Source: Aquificota bacterium
GTDB lineage: Bacteria; Aquificota; Aquificia; Aquificales; Hydrogenothermaceae
DNA length: 24,405 nucleotides
Reading direction: 5' to 3'
NCBI GenBank assembly: GCA_013153795.1
Contig: JAADDV010000087.1
Coordinates: forward strand, 1 to 24,405
Shown here: positions 1 to 9,649 of the stretch, piece by piece
Layout of the letters: each line of letters starts with the position of its first letter
Position numbering within the stretch: the stretch's first letter is position 1
The notes under the pieces: generated by a model
The model's database searches: none
What the model was told of the DNA's origin: nothing
Seen by the model: only the letters and a program-made list of their open reading frames with translations
Made by a program: the position numbers and the translations under genes

Positions 1-192
1 TTTCTTATTAAGTTTAAAAATCACTGTTTCTATTCTAGCTTCAGTTAAACTTTAAAGTAAGATTCAATATCTACTTTTATTCTTTATCAATTATAGATAC
101 AACAGTTCTAAATAGCCCTATTTTTGTAAGATTATGAATCTAATTTCTTATATGGAACTTAAAATTAAATTTAAATAAAGAGGAATAAAATC

Positions 193-1311
193 CTACTTAC
201 TTAAATATTCTCTTAATCTTTTTACTCCTTCTTCCATATGGTCTATACTTCTTGTATATGCAAAACGTATATATTTTTCTGTGTTGTTGTTTCCAAAATC
301 TATTCCTGGGGTTACTGCAACGTGGATTTTTTCAAGAAGCTCTTTTGCAAACTCGTATGAGTTATCTGAGTATTTTTCTATATTTGCCCAAAGATAAAAA
401 GCACCTTCTGGTTTAGCATCTATAGTAAAAAGAGAGGAAAGCTCTTTATAAAGAAAATCTCTTCTTTCTTTATATGTTTCTGTTATAAGAGAAAGGTGGT
501 TCCAGTCAAAGGCTCCTAGTGCTCCATACTGGCTTAATGTTGGTGGAGATATAAAAACATTTTGCATAACTATTTCTGCTTTTCTTACTAAATCTTCAGG
601 AAGAATAATCCATCCTAATCTAAAACCGGGCATACAAAAATATTTAGAAAAACCATTTATTACAATAGCTTTATCTGAAAACTCTAAGGCTGTGCTTTCA
701 TACTGGTCATAAACTAGCCCATGGTATATTTCATCTGAGATAAAATATATATTGTTTTCTTCACAATACTCTATAAGTTCTTTTAAAACATTTTTTTGGT
801 ATATATTTCCTGTTGGATTATTTGGAGAAGAAATCTGAACGGCTTTTATATCTTCATATTCTTTTAAATGGTCAACTGTAAGTTGATAGTTAGTAGTTTT
901 ATCTACTGGAATTAAAACAGGCTCTATATCTAGAATATGTGAAAAATTTTTATAACATGGATAGGAAGGGTCAGAAAGGGCAAGCTTTTCTCCACTATTT
1001 AAAGTAATTGTATAAGCAACAAGAAAACCTCCAGAGGTTCCAACTGTAAGAGCTATTCTTGAAGGAGAAACATCGACTTTATATTTCTCATGATAGTATT
1101 CAGCTATTTTTTCTCTTAGCTCTGGTAAGCCTAGACTTTCTGTATAGTGGTTTACCCTATTTTTTACAGCTTTTTCTGTTTCTTCCCAAACAGATGGAGG
1201 TGGCTGCAGGTCTGGTTCACCAATTTCGAAATGAATAGCATCAGGAATTTTCGATGCTTCTCGGAGAATGTCCATTACAATAAAAGGAGAAACTTTATCT
1301 AATCTTCCCAT
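193..1311 (-). CDS. PLP-dependent aminotransferase class I/II (aspartate aminotransferase-like)
   Basis: 372-aa ORF with EIGEPD, SDPSYPCY, SPNNPTG, ISDEIYHGL and GFSKYFCMPGFRLGW (PLP lysine) motifs. ATG directly follows the thiO stop (TAGATG). Confidence 0.9.
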   Translation of the reverse strand: MGRLDKVSPFIVMDILREASKIPDAIHFEIGEPDLQPPPSVWEETEKAVKNRVNHYTESLGLPELREKIAEYYHEKYKVDVSPSRIALTVGTSGGFLVAYTITLNSGEKLALSDPSYPCYKNFSHILDIEPVLIPVDKTTNYQLTVDHLKEYEDIKAVQISSPNNPTGNIYQKNVLKELIEYCEENNIYFISDEIYHGLVYDQYESTALEFSDKAIVINGFSKYFCMPGFRLGWIILPEDLVRKAEIVMQNVFISPPTLSQYGALGAFDWNHLSLITETYKERRDFLYKELSSLFTIDAKPEGAFYLWANIEKYSDNSYEFAKELLEKIHVAVTPGIDFGNNNTEKYIRFAYTRSIDHMEEGVKRLREYLSK

Positions 1312-2406
1312 CTATTTTTCCTCAAATCTTTTATATGAGAAAATATCAAAATATCTACTTCTCTTTCCATATTTAAACAGGTCAACAAAAAGTTTTGAAG
1401 TAATAGGTGCTAAAAGGATACCGTTTCTATAGTGTCCTGTCGCATAATAAAGATTCTCATATTTTCCTTCACATATAATTGGTTCTGTATCTGGAGTCCC
1501 TGGCCTATATCCATACCAAAATTCCTGAACATTCCTTTCTACCATATGAGGAAGAGTATCTTTTAATCCATTTAATAACTGTAAAACTCCTTTTACTGTG
1601 TTTCCATCTTTAAAGCCAACATTTTCTTCAGTAGCTCCTATTACAAGTCGTGTATAGCTTTTTCTTGGAATAAGATAGGCTCTACTACCAAAGAAAACTC
1701 TATCTATATCATCAGGCTCAATATCTGTTGCTATCATTTCTCCTTTTACAGGAAAAACAGGAATATTATCTATTTCTCCTGACCATGCTCCTGCAGCAAT
1801 AATACATGCATCTCCTACAAGAAGTCCCTTATCTGTTTTAACCCCTTGAAATTTTCCTTTATGATGAATAATTTCAACAGCTGTTGTCCCTTCGTATAAC
1901 TTTACCATTGTTTTTCTTCTTATGTAATTTTCAAGAGCAAGCATAAGTAGTCTGTTATCTACCTGACTATCGTCAGGATATAAGACACCTCCTATAATAT
2001 CTGGTCCTAAAGATTTATAAGCATCTTCTATTTCTTTTCTATCTAACCATCCTCCTGTAAGACCATATTTTCGGTATTCTTCTAATTTTCTTTTAAGCTC
2101 TTCTGCTTCTGCTTCTGAGTAAGCTGGACAGAAAATACCACTTTCCCAATAATCTACTTTGATATCTGTATCATTTTCAATAGACTCAGCATAAGATTTA
2201 TACATATCTCTTGCTTGTATACAAAAATCAAAGAAAGGATTGATAGGAAGTCCTTCTGACTGGGGTGCTAGCATTCCTCCAGCAACCCATGAAGCGCCGC
2301 GTCCTATTCTTTCTCTTTCAATAATAACAACTTCAAACCCTTCCTTATATAGGTCTCTAGCTATTGAAAGACCTATAATTCCTCCTCCAATAATCAAAAT
2401 TCTCAT
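1312..2406 (-). CDS. thiO: Glycine oxidase ThiO (FAD-dependent, DAO family)
   Basis: GGGIIG FAD motif, GASWVAGGML, PVKGE, GYRPGTPD and GHYRNGILLAP, all typical of ThiO. Confidence 0.85.
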   Translation of the reverse strand: MRILIIGGGIIGLSIARDLYKEGFEVVIIERERIGRGASWVAGGMLAPQSEGLPINPFFDFCIQARDMYKSYAESIENDTDIKVDYWESGIFCPAYSEAEAEELKRKLEEYRKYGLTGGWLDRKEIEDAYKSLGPDIIGGVLYPDDSQVDNRLLMLALENYIRRKTMVKLYEGTTAVEIIHHKGKFQGVKTDKGLLVGDACIIAAGAWSGEIDNIPVFPVKGEMIATDIEPDDIDRVFFGSRAYLIPRKSYTRLVIGATEENVGFKDGNTVKGVLQLLNGLKDTLPHMVERNVQEFWYGYRPGTPDTEPIICEGKYENLYYATGHYRNGILLAPITSKLFVDLFKYGKRSRYFDIFSYKRFEEK

Positions 2407-2423
2407 TTCTCTTCTCCTTCCTT

Positions 2424-3191
2424 TTAGAAGCTTACTCTCATCCCATCTTCAGCTGCAAATACCCTGTTTCCACTCTCCCTTCCTAACCATGAGGCGATTG
2501 CTTTAGGATTTGATTTTAACATTTCTAAACTAAAATGTGTAATAACAGCTTTCTTTGGCTGATAAACTTTTAACATTTTTAATACATCTTCTGCTGACAA
2601 ATGCTGGATATTTTGTTTTGGTTTTACAAAAGTTGTGTTAAATATCATTAAATCTGCCCCCTTTGAATAACCAGTTAGCATATCTTCAAAAAATTTTCCA
2701 CATGGGACATAACTGATTTTTTTATTTTTACTACTAAATTCTAATCCGTATGTCTGAGCCCCTTTATGAATATGTTTTAACTTTATTTCTATTAATATAT
2801 TTTTAAAATTGAAGCTTTTCCCTTCTTTTGCAATTGCAAAATTTTTTACACTTTTTCTAAGATATTTTAATAGAATTGGCTCTTCTCCTGAAATAACATC
2901 TTCAGGAGCTACAAGCATTTCTATTGGCTTTTTTGTGCTTTCAGTAGCAGATTCTAAGACTGCATTTAAATCTGAGCTATGGTCTAAATGTCTATGGGAA
3001 ACAACAATAATATCTATATCTCGTGTGTCAAATCCTTTTTCAAAAATTCTTACTAAAGACCCAGGTCCTGGGTCTATTAAAATATTTATTCCTTCTAAAT
3101 TTAACCACATACCTCCAGAGTGCCGAAGCTGTCGAAAAACAACAACTCTTCCTCCTCCTGTTCCAAGGAAAGTGATTGTATTTTTCAGCAA
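2424..3191 (-). CDS. Metallo-beta-lactamase-fold hydrolase
   Basis: FLGTGGG, IDPGPG, SHRHLDH (HxHxDH), downstream His motifs and THFS. TTG start overlaps the SDR stop. Confidence 0.85.
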   Translation of the reverse strand: MLKNTITFLGTGGGRVVVFRQLRHSGGMWLNLEGINILIDPGPGSLVRIFEKGFDTRDIDIIVVSHRHLDHSSDLNAVLESATESTKKPIEMLVAPEDVISGEEPILLKYLRKSVKNFAIAKEGKSFNFKNILIEIKLKHIHKGAQTYGLEFSSKNKKISYVPCGKFFEDMLTGYSKGADLMIFNTTFVKPKQNIQHLSAEDVLKMLKVYQPKKAVITHFSLEMLKSNPKAIASWLGRESGNRVFAAEDGMRVSF

Positions 3192-3910
3192 AGTAATCTA
3201 CCTCCCTCAACAGGAAGAAAAGCACCTGTTGTAAACTCAGTTTCAATTAAATATTTTACTCCCTTCCAAACCTCTTTTTCTCCTGCCCATTTTTTTAAGA
3301 GGGTTTTTTTCAAAGGTGTCTGGGTATCTTCTGTTTTTTCAGCAGGGATAATAGGACCAGGAAGAATAGCGTTTACAAGAACATAAGGAGCAAATTCTTT
3401 GGCAAAAACTTTTGTCATAGTAAGCATTGCTCCTTTTGAAATTATATAAGCAGAGAAATCTTTATAAGGTCTTAAAGGAGCATAATCAACAATATTTATA
3501 ATTCTTCCTTCTTTATTTTCATACATTTTTTTTCCAATTTCTTTAGATAAAAAGAAAGGAGCTTTAACATGTATTGAATAAAAAATATCAAGGTCTTTTT
3601 CTTTTACTGTATCTAAAGGTGTAGGATAGTAAATAGAGGCATTGTTTATCAAGATATCTATCTGTCCAAAAAACTGTAAAGAATTTTTTATTAAATTTTT
3701 TATATCTTCCATTTTTAACAAATCTGCTTTTTGAAGTAATGTTTTTACTCCAAAATGTTTTATTTCTTTTTCAAGTTTTTTTATTTCATCTTCAGAAGAT
3801 TTATAATGTAAAACAAGATTTGCTCCTTCTTTAGCAAGGTTTATAGCTATTTCTTTCCCTATTCTTCTTCCTGCCCCTGTTATTAAAACATTTTTTCCTT
3901 TTATATCCAT
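3185..3910 (-). CDS. Short-chain dehydrogenase, pteridine reductase/FolM-like
   Basis: TGAGRRIG, LHYKSS, NNASIY, YIISK (YxxxK), VNAILPG and C-terminal GGRLL. Confidence 0.8.
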   Translation of the reverse strand: MDIKGKNVLITGAGRRIGKEIAINLAKEGANLVLHYKSSEDEIKKLEKEIKHFGVKTLLQKADLLKMEDIKNLIKNSLQFFGQIDILINNASIYYPTPLDTVKEKDLDIFYSIHVKAPFFLSKEIGKKMYENKEGRIINIVDYAPLRPYKDFSAYIISKGAMLTMTKVFAKEFAPYVLVNAILPGPIIPAEKTEDTQTPLKKTLLKKWAGEKEVWKGVKYLIETEFTTGAFLPVEGGRLLC

Positions 3911-3925
3911 ATAACTTACTCCTTG

Positions 3926-3965
3926 TGTTAAAAAATTTTAACAGTTATTTAATAATTACTTAACA
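3926..3965 (+). promoter_or_regulatory. Pho-box-like operator upstream of the porin
   Basis: TGTTAA(3926)-N6-TTAACA(3938)-N5-TTAATA(3949)-N5-TTAACA(3960), an 11-bp period. The same layout recurs upstream of pstS. Confidence 0.65.
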
Positions 3966-4023
3966 GAAATTTTCTAAAATTCTTGCTCTTGAATAAATTA
4001 CATATTCTCGATGGAGGTTTTGA

Positions 4024-5400
4024 ATGAGAAAAATCCTACTTTCCTGTCTAGGTTTAGGTCTTTTAGAAATCGGTTTAGCTGCTGATATTGAAAATCCTGT
4101 AATTAGAAAGCTTTATGAAAAAGGAATTTTTACAAAAGAAGAAGCTATTAAACTTGAAAAAGAAATTAAAAATGAGCATAAAAAGAAAATAAAAAAAATA
4201 GAAAAAAAACTTGTTAAACATGCTTCTGTTATAAATCAAAAATCTCCTGAGTTTTTACTTGGAAAAGAGACAGGACCTAATATAAAAATAAGAGCTTTTG
4301 ATAATCCTGATATGTATATAAAAGTTGGTATAAGAATTCAAGGTACTTTTGAAAACTATAAAGTAGATTATAAAGACCCTACAAAGTCAGATATAGATAC
4401 ATGGGATGCATATCTTAGAAGAACAAGGCTAGAAATAGGAGCAGGTTTTGGAAAGCATACTTCTTTTACAATGGATATAAGAAACGATAAAGCTAACTAT
4501 CAAGATAAAGGAGAGCAAGAATTTAATGTAGGAGATGCTTACCTGAAAATCAAAAAACCTTTTGGAACATCATTAGTAAACTTTAAGTTTTATAGAGCAA
4601 AAATAGATGTATCACGAACAGAAACAGTAAAATCTGCTTGGGTAGTGCATTATGATAGACCCCATGTTGCAGATGAAGCTGCTCAGTTTATATCCCACAA
4701 CAGACGTGCAACTAACGCCCAGATTTATGGAAACTGGCACAAGAAGATTCACTACCAACTTGCCTTTGGAGATGCTGTATATTCTGGAAAGTTTTATGAT
4801 GCTATAAACCATAAATCCCTTTCAGATTATGGCGGAAAAATAGTAGAACAGGATTTCTTTTACGGTGGGAAAATAATACTGTCGCCTATCCCTGGGTGGG
4901 AGGAAACAAAAAGAACAGAAACTTATTTTGGAGTAGGAAAGCATGTATCTGTTGGTATTGGTTATTGGAGAGTTCCTAAAATAAAATTTTCTTTAAACTC
5001 TAATACATATGAAATAGACAGAACTCTTTTAAACTACGAGTTTTCAGCTCATTACAAAGGAGCATTTATACAGGCAGAGTATTTTGATTTTGATGGTGTT
5101 GTGAAAGACTGGACTGCTATAGATTTAGAAGTTGGAAAATCAAAAGGATGGTATATAACTGGTGAATACGTATTTCCAAACTTTTATTACATAGCTCCTT
5201 TTGCAAGATATGAAGAGTGGAAAAGATGGGACAGTGGAGAAGGAGATTACAAACTTAAATCAACAATCTTTGGTCTCAATTGGTATCTAAGAGGAAATAC
5301 AACAAAAATTGGCATTTCTTATCAGAAAGACAAATACGGAAAAGATATAGGAGATAAAGATATAGATAGGCTAAAGTTTACCTCTCAATGGTTTTTCTAA
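4024..5400 (+). CDS. Phosphate-selective outer-membrane porin (OprO/OprP-like)
   Basis: 458 aa with signal-peptide-like N-terminus, LYEKGIFTKEEA helical segment, amphipathic beta strands, YLRRTRL and terminal Phe. Lies directly upstream of pstS. Confidence 0.8.
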   Translation: MRKILLSCLGLGLLEIGLAADIENPVIRKLYEKGIFTKEEAIKLEKEIKNEHKKKIKKIEKKLVKHASVINQKSPEFLLGKETGPNIKIRAFDNPDMYIKVGIRIQGTFENYKVDYKDPTKSDIDTWDAYLRRTRLEIGAGFGKHTSFTMDIRNDKANYQDKGEQEFNVGDAYLKIKKPFGTSLVNFKFYRAKIDVSRTETVKSAWVVHYDRPHVADEAAQFISHNRRATNAQIYGNWHKKIHYQLAFGDAVYSGKFYDAINHKSLSDYGGKIVEQDFFYGGKIILSPIPGWEETKRTETYFGVGKHVSVGIGYWRVPKIKFSLNSNTYEIDRTLLNYEFSAHYKGAFIQAEYFDFDGVVKDWTAIDLEVGKSKGWYITGEYVFPNFYYIAPFARYEEWKRWDSGEGDYKLKSTIFGLNWYLRGNTTKIGISYQKDKYGKDIGDKDIDRLKFTSQWFF

Positions 5401-5401
5401 T

Positions 5402-5441
5402 TGTTAAGTTTTCTTAACAATTTTTTAATAATTTCTAAACA
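5402..5441 (+). promoter_or_regulatory. Pho-box-like operator upstream of pstS
   Basis: TGTTAA(5402)-N6-TTAACA(5414)-N5-TTAATA(5425)-N5-TAAACA(5436), with spacing identical to the porin site. Confidence 0.7.
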
Positions 5442-5489
5442 GTTTGGAGTTAATATATACTAAGCTCCAAATAAAACGGAGGTTTTAAG

Positions 5490-6497
5490 ATGAAAAAATT
5501 ATTAACAGGAATAATAACAACAGCTATACTGACTACTATGTCGATAGCTGGAGAAACAATAAATGGTGCAGGGGCTACATTTCCGTATCCTGTATATGCA
5601 GCCTGGGCTTATATGTATTACAAAGAAACAGGCATCAAGGTTAACTATCAATCTATTGGTTCAGGAGGAGGTATAAGACAGATAAAAAATAGAACTGTTG
5701 ATTTTGGAGCTTCTGATGCACCTTTACCTCCAGAAAAACTTGATGAATATCAACTATATCAATTTCCAGCTATTATTGGTGGAGTTGTCCCAGTAGTAAA
5801 TATACCTCGTATAAAAGCAGGGCAGTTAAGATTAGATGGATATACTTTATGTCATATATACTTAGGAGAGATAAAATATTGGGACAATCCAAAAATAAAA
5901 GCCTTAAATCCAGATTTAAATTTACCTCATCAAAAAATAAAGGTTGTTAGAAGAGCTGATGCTTCAGGGACAACTGCTATCTTTACTACATATCTTGCTG
6001 AAGTTTGCCCTGAATGGAAAGAAAAAGTAGGAGCAGGAAAAGCTGTAAAGTGGCCAGTAGGTATTGGTGGAAAAGGAAATGAAGGAGTAGCAAACTACGT
6101 TAAAAGACTAAAATACTCTATAGGATATGTAGAGTTTGCGTATGCAAAACAAAACAGACTTAAATATACTCTTCTTAAGAATAAAGCTGGAAATTTTGTT
6201 GAGCCATCTATAGAGACATTTAAAGCTGCAGGAGCAACAGCAAACTTTGACCCTAAAAAACATTTTTATCTTTGGATGGTCAATGCTCCAGGAGAAAAAG
6301 CATGGCCTATTGCTGGTGCATCTTTTATCCTTGAGGCTAGAGAAAGAAAAGAAGTCAACAAAAAAGTAAATAGATTTTTCAAATGGGCTTTTGAAAAAGG
6401 TGATGAAATAGCTATAAGGCTTGATTATGTTCCTCTTCCAAAAGAATTAAAGGAAAAAATATATAAATATTGGGAAGAACATGATATAGCTCCATGA
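5490..6497 (+). CDS. pstS: Phosphate ABC transporter substrate-binding protein
   Basis: GAGATFPYP, YQSIGSGGG, DFGASDAPL, RRADASGTT, GKGNEGV and GSIGY-like YSIGYVE motifs. Confidence 0.95.
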   Translation: MKKLLTGIITTAILTTMSIAGETINGAGATFPYPVYAAWAYMYYKETGIKVNYQSIGSGGGIRQIKNRTVDFGASDAPLPPEKLDEYQLYQFPAIIGGVVPVVNIPRIKAGQLRLDGYTLCHIYLGEIKYWDNPKIKALNPDLNLPHQKIKVVRRADASGTTAIFTTYLAEVCPEWKEKVGAGKAVKWPVGIGGKGNEGVANYVKRLKYSIGYVEFAYAKQNRLKYTLLKNKAGNFVEPSIETFKAAGATANFDPKKHFYLWMVNAPGEKAWPIAGASFILEARERKEVNKKVNRFFKWAFEKGDEIAIRLDYVPLPKELKEKIYKYWEEHDIAP

Positions 6498-6525
6498 TAT
6501 CTTCCTGTCTTATTCTATTTCTTTT

Positions 6526-6546
6526 AGGGCTGAAAAGCCCTTTTTT
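6526..6546 (+). terminator. Intrinsic terminator/stabilising hairpin after pstS
   Basis: AGGGCT-GAAA-AGCCCT followed by a T run. This is the typical position for setting the pstS excess over pstCA. Confidence 0.8.
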
Positions 6547-6587
6547 GTTATAATTTCTAAAATATATGGAGGCAAAGAAACACTATA

Positions 6588-7529
6588 ATGAAAAAAATAA
6601 GAAAGCTTCCTTTATCAGACCTTATTTTTGCTCTTATTTCCTTCTCTGCGGCATTTGTAGTTCTAACTCTTATTTTCTCAACAATTATTGTTCTGTATAA
6701 TGAGTCTTCTTTAGCTATTCATAAATTTGGAATTTTGAATTTTATTTTTACTGTTGACTGGGACCCTGTTAATGAAGTTTTTGGAGCTGCTGCATCTTTA
6801 TATGGAACCCTTGTTACAACAGTTTTATCCCTGATTCTTGCAATTCCTCTTGCACTGGGAATAGCTATATTTTTAACAGAAATATCTCCTCATATCCTTA
6901 AAACTCCTATAGGAATAGCTATAGAGATGCTTGCTGCTATTCCAAGTATTATTTACGGAATGTGGGGACTGTTTACCCTTGCTCCTATAATGGCTGAATA
7001 TGTAGAACCAATGCTTCAAAAAACCCTTGGACAGGTTCCTGTTATAGGAATTCTTTTTCAAGGAGACCCTCAAGGAATAGACCTTTTTACTGCAAGTGTT
7101 ATTCTAGCTATTATGATTGTTCCATTTATAACAAGTATTGCTAGGGATTCTTTAAACCTAACTCCAAACATAATGAAAGAATCTGCTTATGCTCTTGGTG
7201 CAACAAAATGGGAAGTTGTTAAAGATATAATGATTCCTTATGCAAAGCTTGGTATCTATGGTGGTATTGTTTTGGCTTTAGGAAGAGCTTTAGGGGAAAC
7301 AATGGCCGTTGCTTTTGTTTTAGGAAATAACCATCAGATAACAACGTCTTTATTTGATGCTGCCGCAACTATTACGGTGACTTTAGCTAATGAATTTACA
7401 GAAGCAGATACAGATATATATCTTTCTTCTCTTTTCTACCTTGCTCTTATTCTGTTTGTTTTAAGTTTTGTCATTCTTGCAGTAGCTAAATTTTTCCTTT
7501 TAAAAGCTGAAAGAGGATACTCAAGATGA
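6588..7529 (+). CDS. pstC: Phosphate ABC transporter permease PstC
   Basis: Hydrophobic. AAIPSIIYGMWG, EAA-type loop ESAYALGATKWE and RALGETMAV. Confidence 0.95.
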   Translation: MKKIRKLPLSDLIFALISFSAAFVVLTLIFSTIIVLYNESSLAIHKFGILNFIFTVDWDPVNEVFGAAASLYGTLVTTVLSLILAIPLALGIAIFLTEISPHILKTPIGIAIEMLAAIPSIIYGMWGLFTLAPIMAEYVEPMLQKTLGQVPVIGILFQGDPQGIDLFTASVILAIMIVPFITSIARDSLNLTPNIMKESAYALGATKWEVVKDIMIPYAKLGIYGGIVLALGRALGETMAVAFVLGNNHQITTSLFDAAATITVTLANEFTEADTDIYLSSLFYLALILFVLSFVILAVAKFFLLKAERGYSR

Positions 7530-8611
7530 ACACAAAAGATATTTATAAAGAAAGTCCTATTGTAAAAAGAAGAAAACTTATCAGTTTCTTTGCCTTATCC
7601 CTTTCAACAGCAGCTGCTATATTTGGTCTTTTTTGGCTTGTGTTTATTCTTTTTGATGTTTTAAGACACGGAATTCAGGGAATAAACTGGGAACTGTTTA
7701 CAGAAGACCCTGCACCACCTGGTATTCCAGGTGGTGGACTGAGAAACGCCTTTGTAGGACAACTTGAGATTGTTTTCTTTGCAACAATAATGGGTGTTCC
7801 TTTAGGTATCCTTGCTGGAACATTTATAGCTGAGTATGCAAGAGGGACAAAATTTGCAAAAACTGTTTCTATCCTTTCAGATATTATGGTCAGTGTCCCT
7901 TCCATTGTTGTAGGCACATTTATATACGCAATACTTGTAAAACCTATTGGACATATAAATCTTGGTGGAGTTGTTGCTGTAGGTTTTCTTTCTGCTATTA
8001 TTGCTATTATATTTGGTGGAATTTTAGGATTTATTGTTAATAAACTTTTTTCTATAAAAAATCCAGCTACTGGAAGATTTATAAACCTTCTAATAACCCT
8101 TTCTTCTGTTTTATTTGGGCTTTTTTCTTTCCTTTATCTTATGCCAAAGTTGGTAGATAAAATTCAGGGATTTAATGGATGGGCAGGAGCTGCAGCCCTT
8201 GCTTTTATCATGATTCCTGTTGTTTTAAGGACAACAGAGGATATGCTTTCTCTTGTTCCTTGGACACTTAGGGAAGCTGCTTTTGCTTTAGGAGCTTCAT
8301 ATTTTAGGGTTATAAAAGATATAGTATACAGAGCTGCTGCTACAGGGATTTTAACAGGGGTTATTCTTTCAATATCAAGGGTAGCTGGAGAAACGGCTCC
8401 TCTACTTTTTACATCTTTTAACAACTCTTACTTTACTATGAATATGAATGAGCCTATAGCATCATTAACAGTTACTATCTTTAACTACGCTATGGGACCT
8501 TATGAAGACTGGCATACAAAAGCCTGGGCAGCATCTTTTGTTATTACATTTTTTATCTTAATTGTTACAATACTTTCAAGGGTTATTATAAGCTGGAAGT
8601 ACAAAGGCTAA
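7526..8611 (+). CDS. pstA: Phosphate ABC transporter permease PstA (with about 72-aa hydrophobic insertion)
   Basis: SVPSIVVG, RTTEDML, LREAAFALGA and RVAGETAPLLFT. ATGA overlap with pstC. Confidence 0.93.
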   Translation: MNTKDIYKESPIVKRRKLISFFALSLSTAAAIFGLFWLVFILFDVLRHGIQGINWELFTEDPAPPGIPGGGLRNAFVGQLEIVFFATIMGVPLGILAGTFIAEYARGTKFAKTVSILSDIMVSVPSIVVGTFIYAILVKPIGHINLGGVVAVGFLSAIIAIIFGGILGFIVNKLFSIKNPATGRFINLLITLSSVLFGLFSFLYLMPKLVDKIQGFNGWAGAAALAFIMIPVVLRTTEDMLSLVPWTLREAAFALGASYFRVIKDIVYRAAATGILTGVILSISRVAGETAPLLFTSFNNSYFTMNMNEPIASLTVTIFNYAMGPYEDWHTKAWAASFVITFFILIVTILSRVIISWKYKG

Positions 8612-8623
8612 TGGAGGCTTGGT

Positions 8624-9649
8624 ATGAAAATATATTTTTTTGGTGTTGATGACTGGGAAAAACTTCATTTAGAGAGAAAACTAAAAGAGTATGGCATAGA
8701 AGGAGAATTTCTTTTCACAAAAGAAGCCTTAAATGAAACAAATGTAGACCTTTACAAAGATGCAGATATAATCAGTGTTTTCATATATTCAGAAATAACA
8801 AAAGAAGTTATAGATAAAATGCCAAATCTAAAATTTATTGTTTCAAGGGCGGCAACATACGAGCATATAGATGTTGAGTATGCTAAAAAGAAAGGAATTT
8901 TAGTTTCATATGTTCCAGGATATGGAAATAACACTGTTGCAGAGTTTACTTTTGCCATGATTTTAGCTTTAGCAAGAAAGTTAAAACCTATGATAAAAAA
9001 CACTATAGAAGGAAAATTTACAAGAGAAGGTCTTATGGGGATAGACCTTTTGGGGAAAACAATAGGTATTATAGGAACAGGAAGAATAGGAGCTCATGTT
9101 GCAAGACTTGCTTATGGATTTGGCATGAATATCCTTGCGTATGATAGAACAAAAAAACCAGAGCTTATAGATAAATATGGCGTTGAGTATGTAGGACTTG
9201 AAGAACTTTTAATGCGCTCGGATATTATAACAGTTCATCTTCCTTATACCAGAGCGACAAAATACACTTTAAATAAGTTTAACCTTAAGCTTACAAAACT
9301 TGATGCTATGCTTATAAATACCTCTAGAGGAGCTGTTGTTGAGATAGAAGCTGTTGTAGAAGCTTTAAAAGAGGGAAGACTCGCCGGAGGAGTTGCTTTA
9401 GATACTCTAGAGGAAGAAATAGGAAAAGAAGAAGAACTTTTAAAAAGAGACCAAGTTCCAGCTATAAAGATAGAAAAAGCAGCAGAAAAATACTATCTTC
9501 TAAATGAAGACAATGTTATTCTTTCTCCTCATCTTGCTTATTATACTAAGGACGCTTTAGAAAGAATTCTTGATATTTCTGTTGAGGAGATAAGCCTATT
9601 TATAAAAGGAGAAAAGCCTAAAAACCTTGTTCCTGAGTTTAATACTTAA
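8624..9649 (+). CDS. D-isomer-specific 2-hydroxyacid dehydrogenase (D-lactate dehydrogenase-like)
   Basis: GTGRIG NAD-binding motif with LAYD, NTSRG (Arg), LDTLEEE (Glu) and SPHLAYYT (His). GGAGG RBS lies just after the pstA stop. Confidence 0.88.
   Translation: MKIYFFGVDDWEKLHLERKLKEYGIEGEFLFTKEALNETNVDLYKDADIISVFIYSEITKEVIDKMPNLKFIVSRAATYEHIDVEYAKKKGILVSYVPGYGNNTVAEFTFAMILALARKLKPMIKNTIEGKFTREGLMGIDLLGKTIGIIGTGRIGAHVARLAYGFGMNILAYDRTKKPELIDKYGVEYVGLEELLMRSDIITVHLPYTRATKYTLNKFNLKLTKLDAMLINTSRGAVVEIEAVVEALKEGRLAGGVALDTLEEEIGKEEELLKRDQVPAIKIEKAAEKYYLLNEDNVILSPHLAYYTKDALERILDISVEEISLFIKGEKPKNLVPEFNT

Noticed and set aside
1-190. Minus-strand fragments such as DIESYFKV resembling the IS4-type 'W.IE..FK' transposase motif
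   Set aside because: Multiple stops in all frames, only about 8 matching residues, and no inverted repeat visible. Too weak to call without a tBLASTn search.
2240-3386. Plus-strand ORFs 2240-2506, 2809-3234 and 3120-3386, and minus-strand 3040-3246
   Set aside because: Antisense or alternate-frame shadows of thiO, the MBL and the SDR. No motifs or RBS.
8624-9649. Calling the dehydrogenase ptxD
   Set aside because: It lacks PtxD-type residues in the substrate loop, and the transporter is PstSCA rather than PtxABC/PhnCDE. Kept only as a hypothesis.
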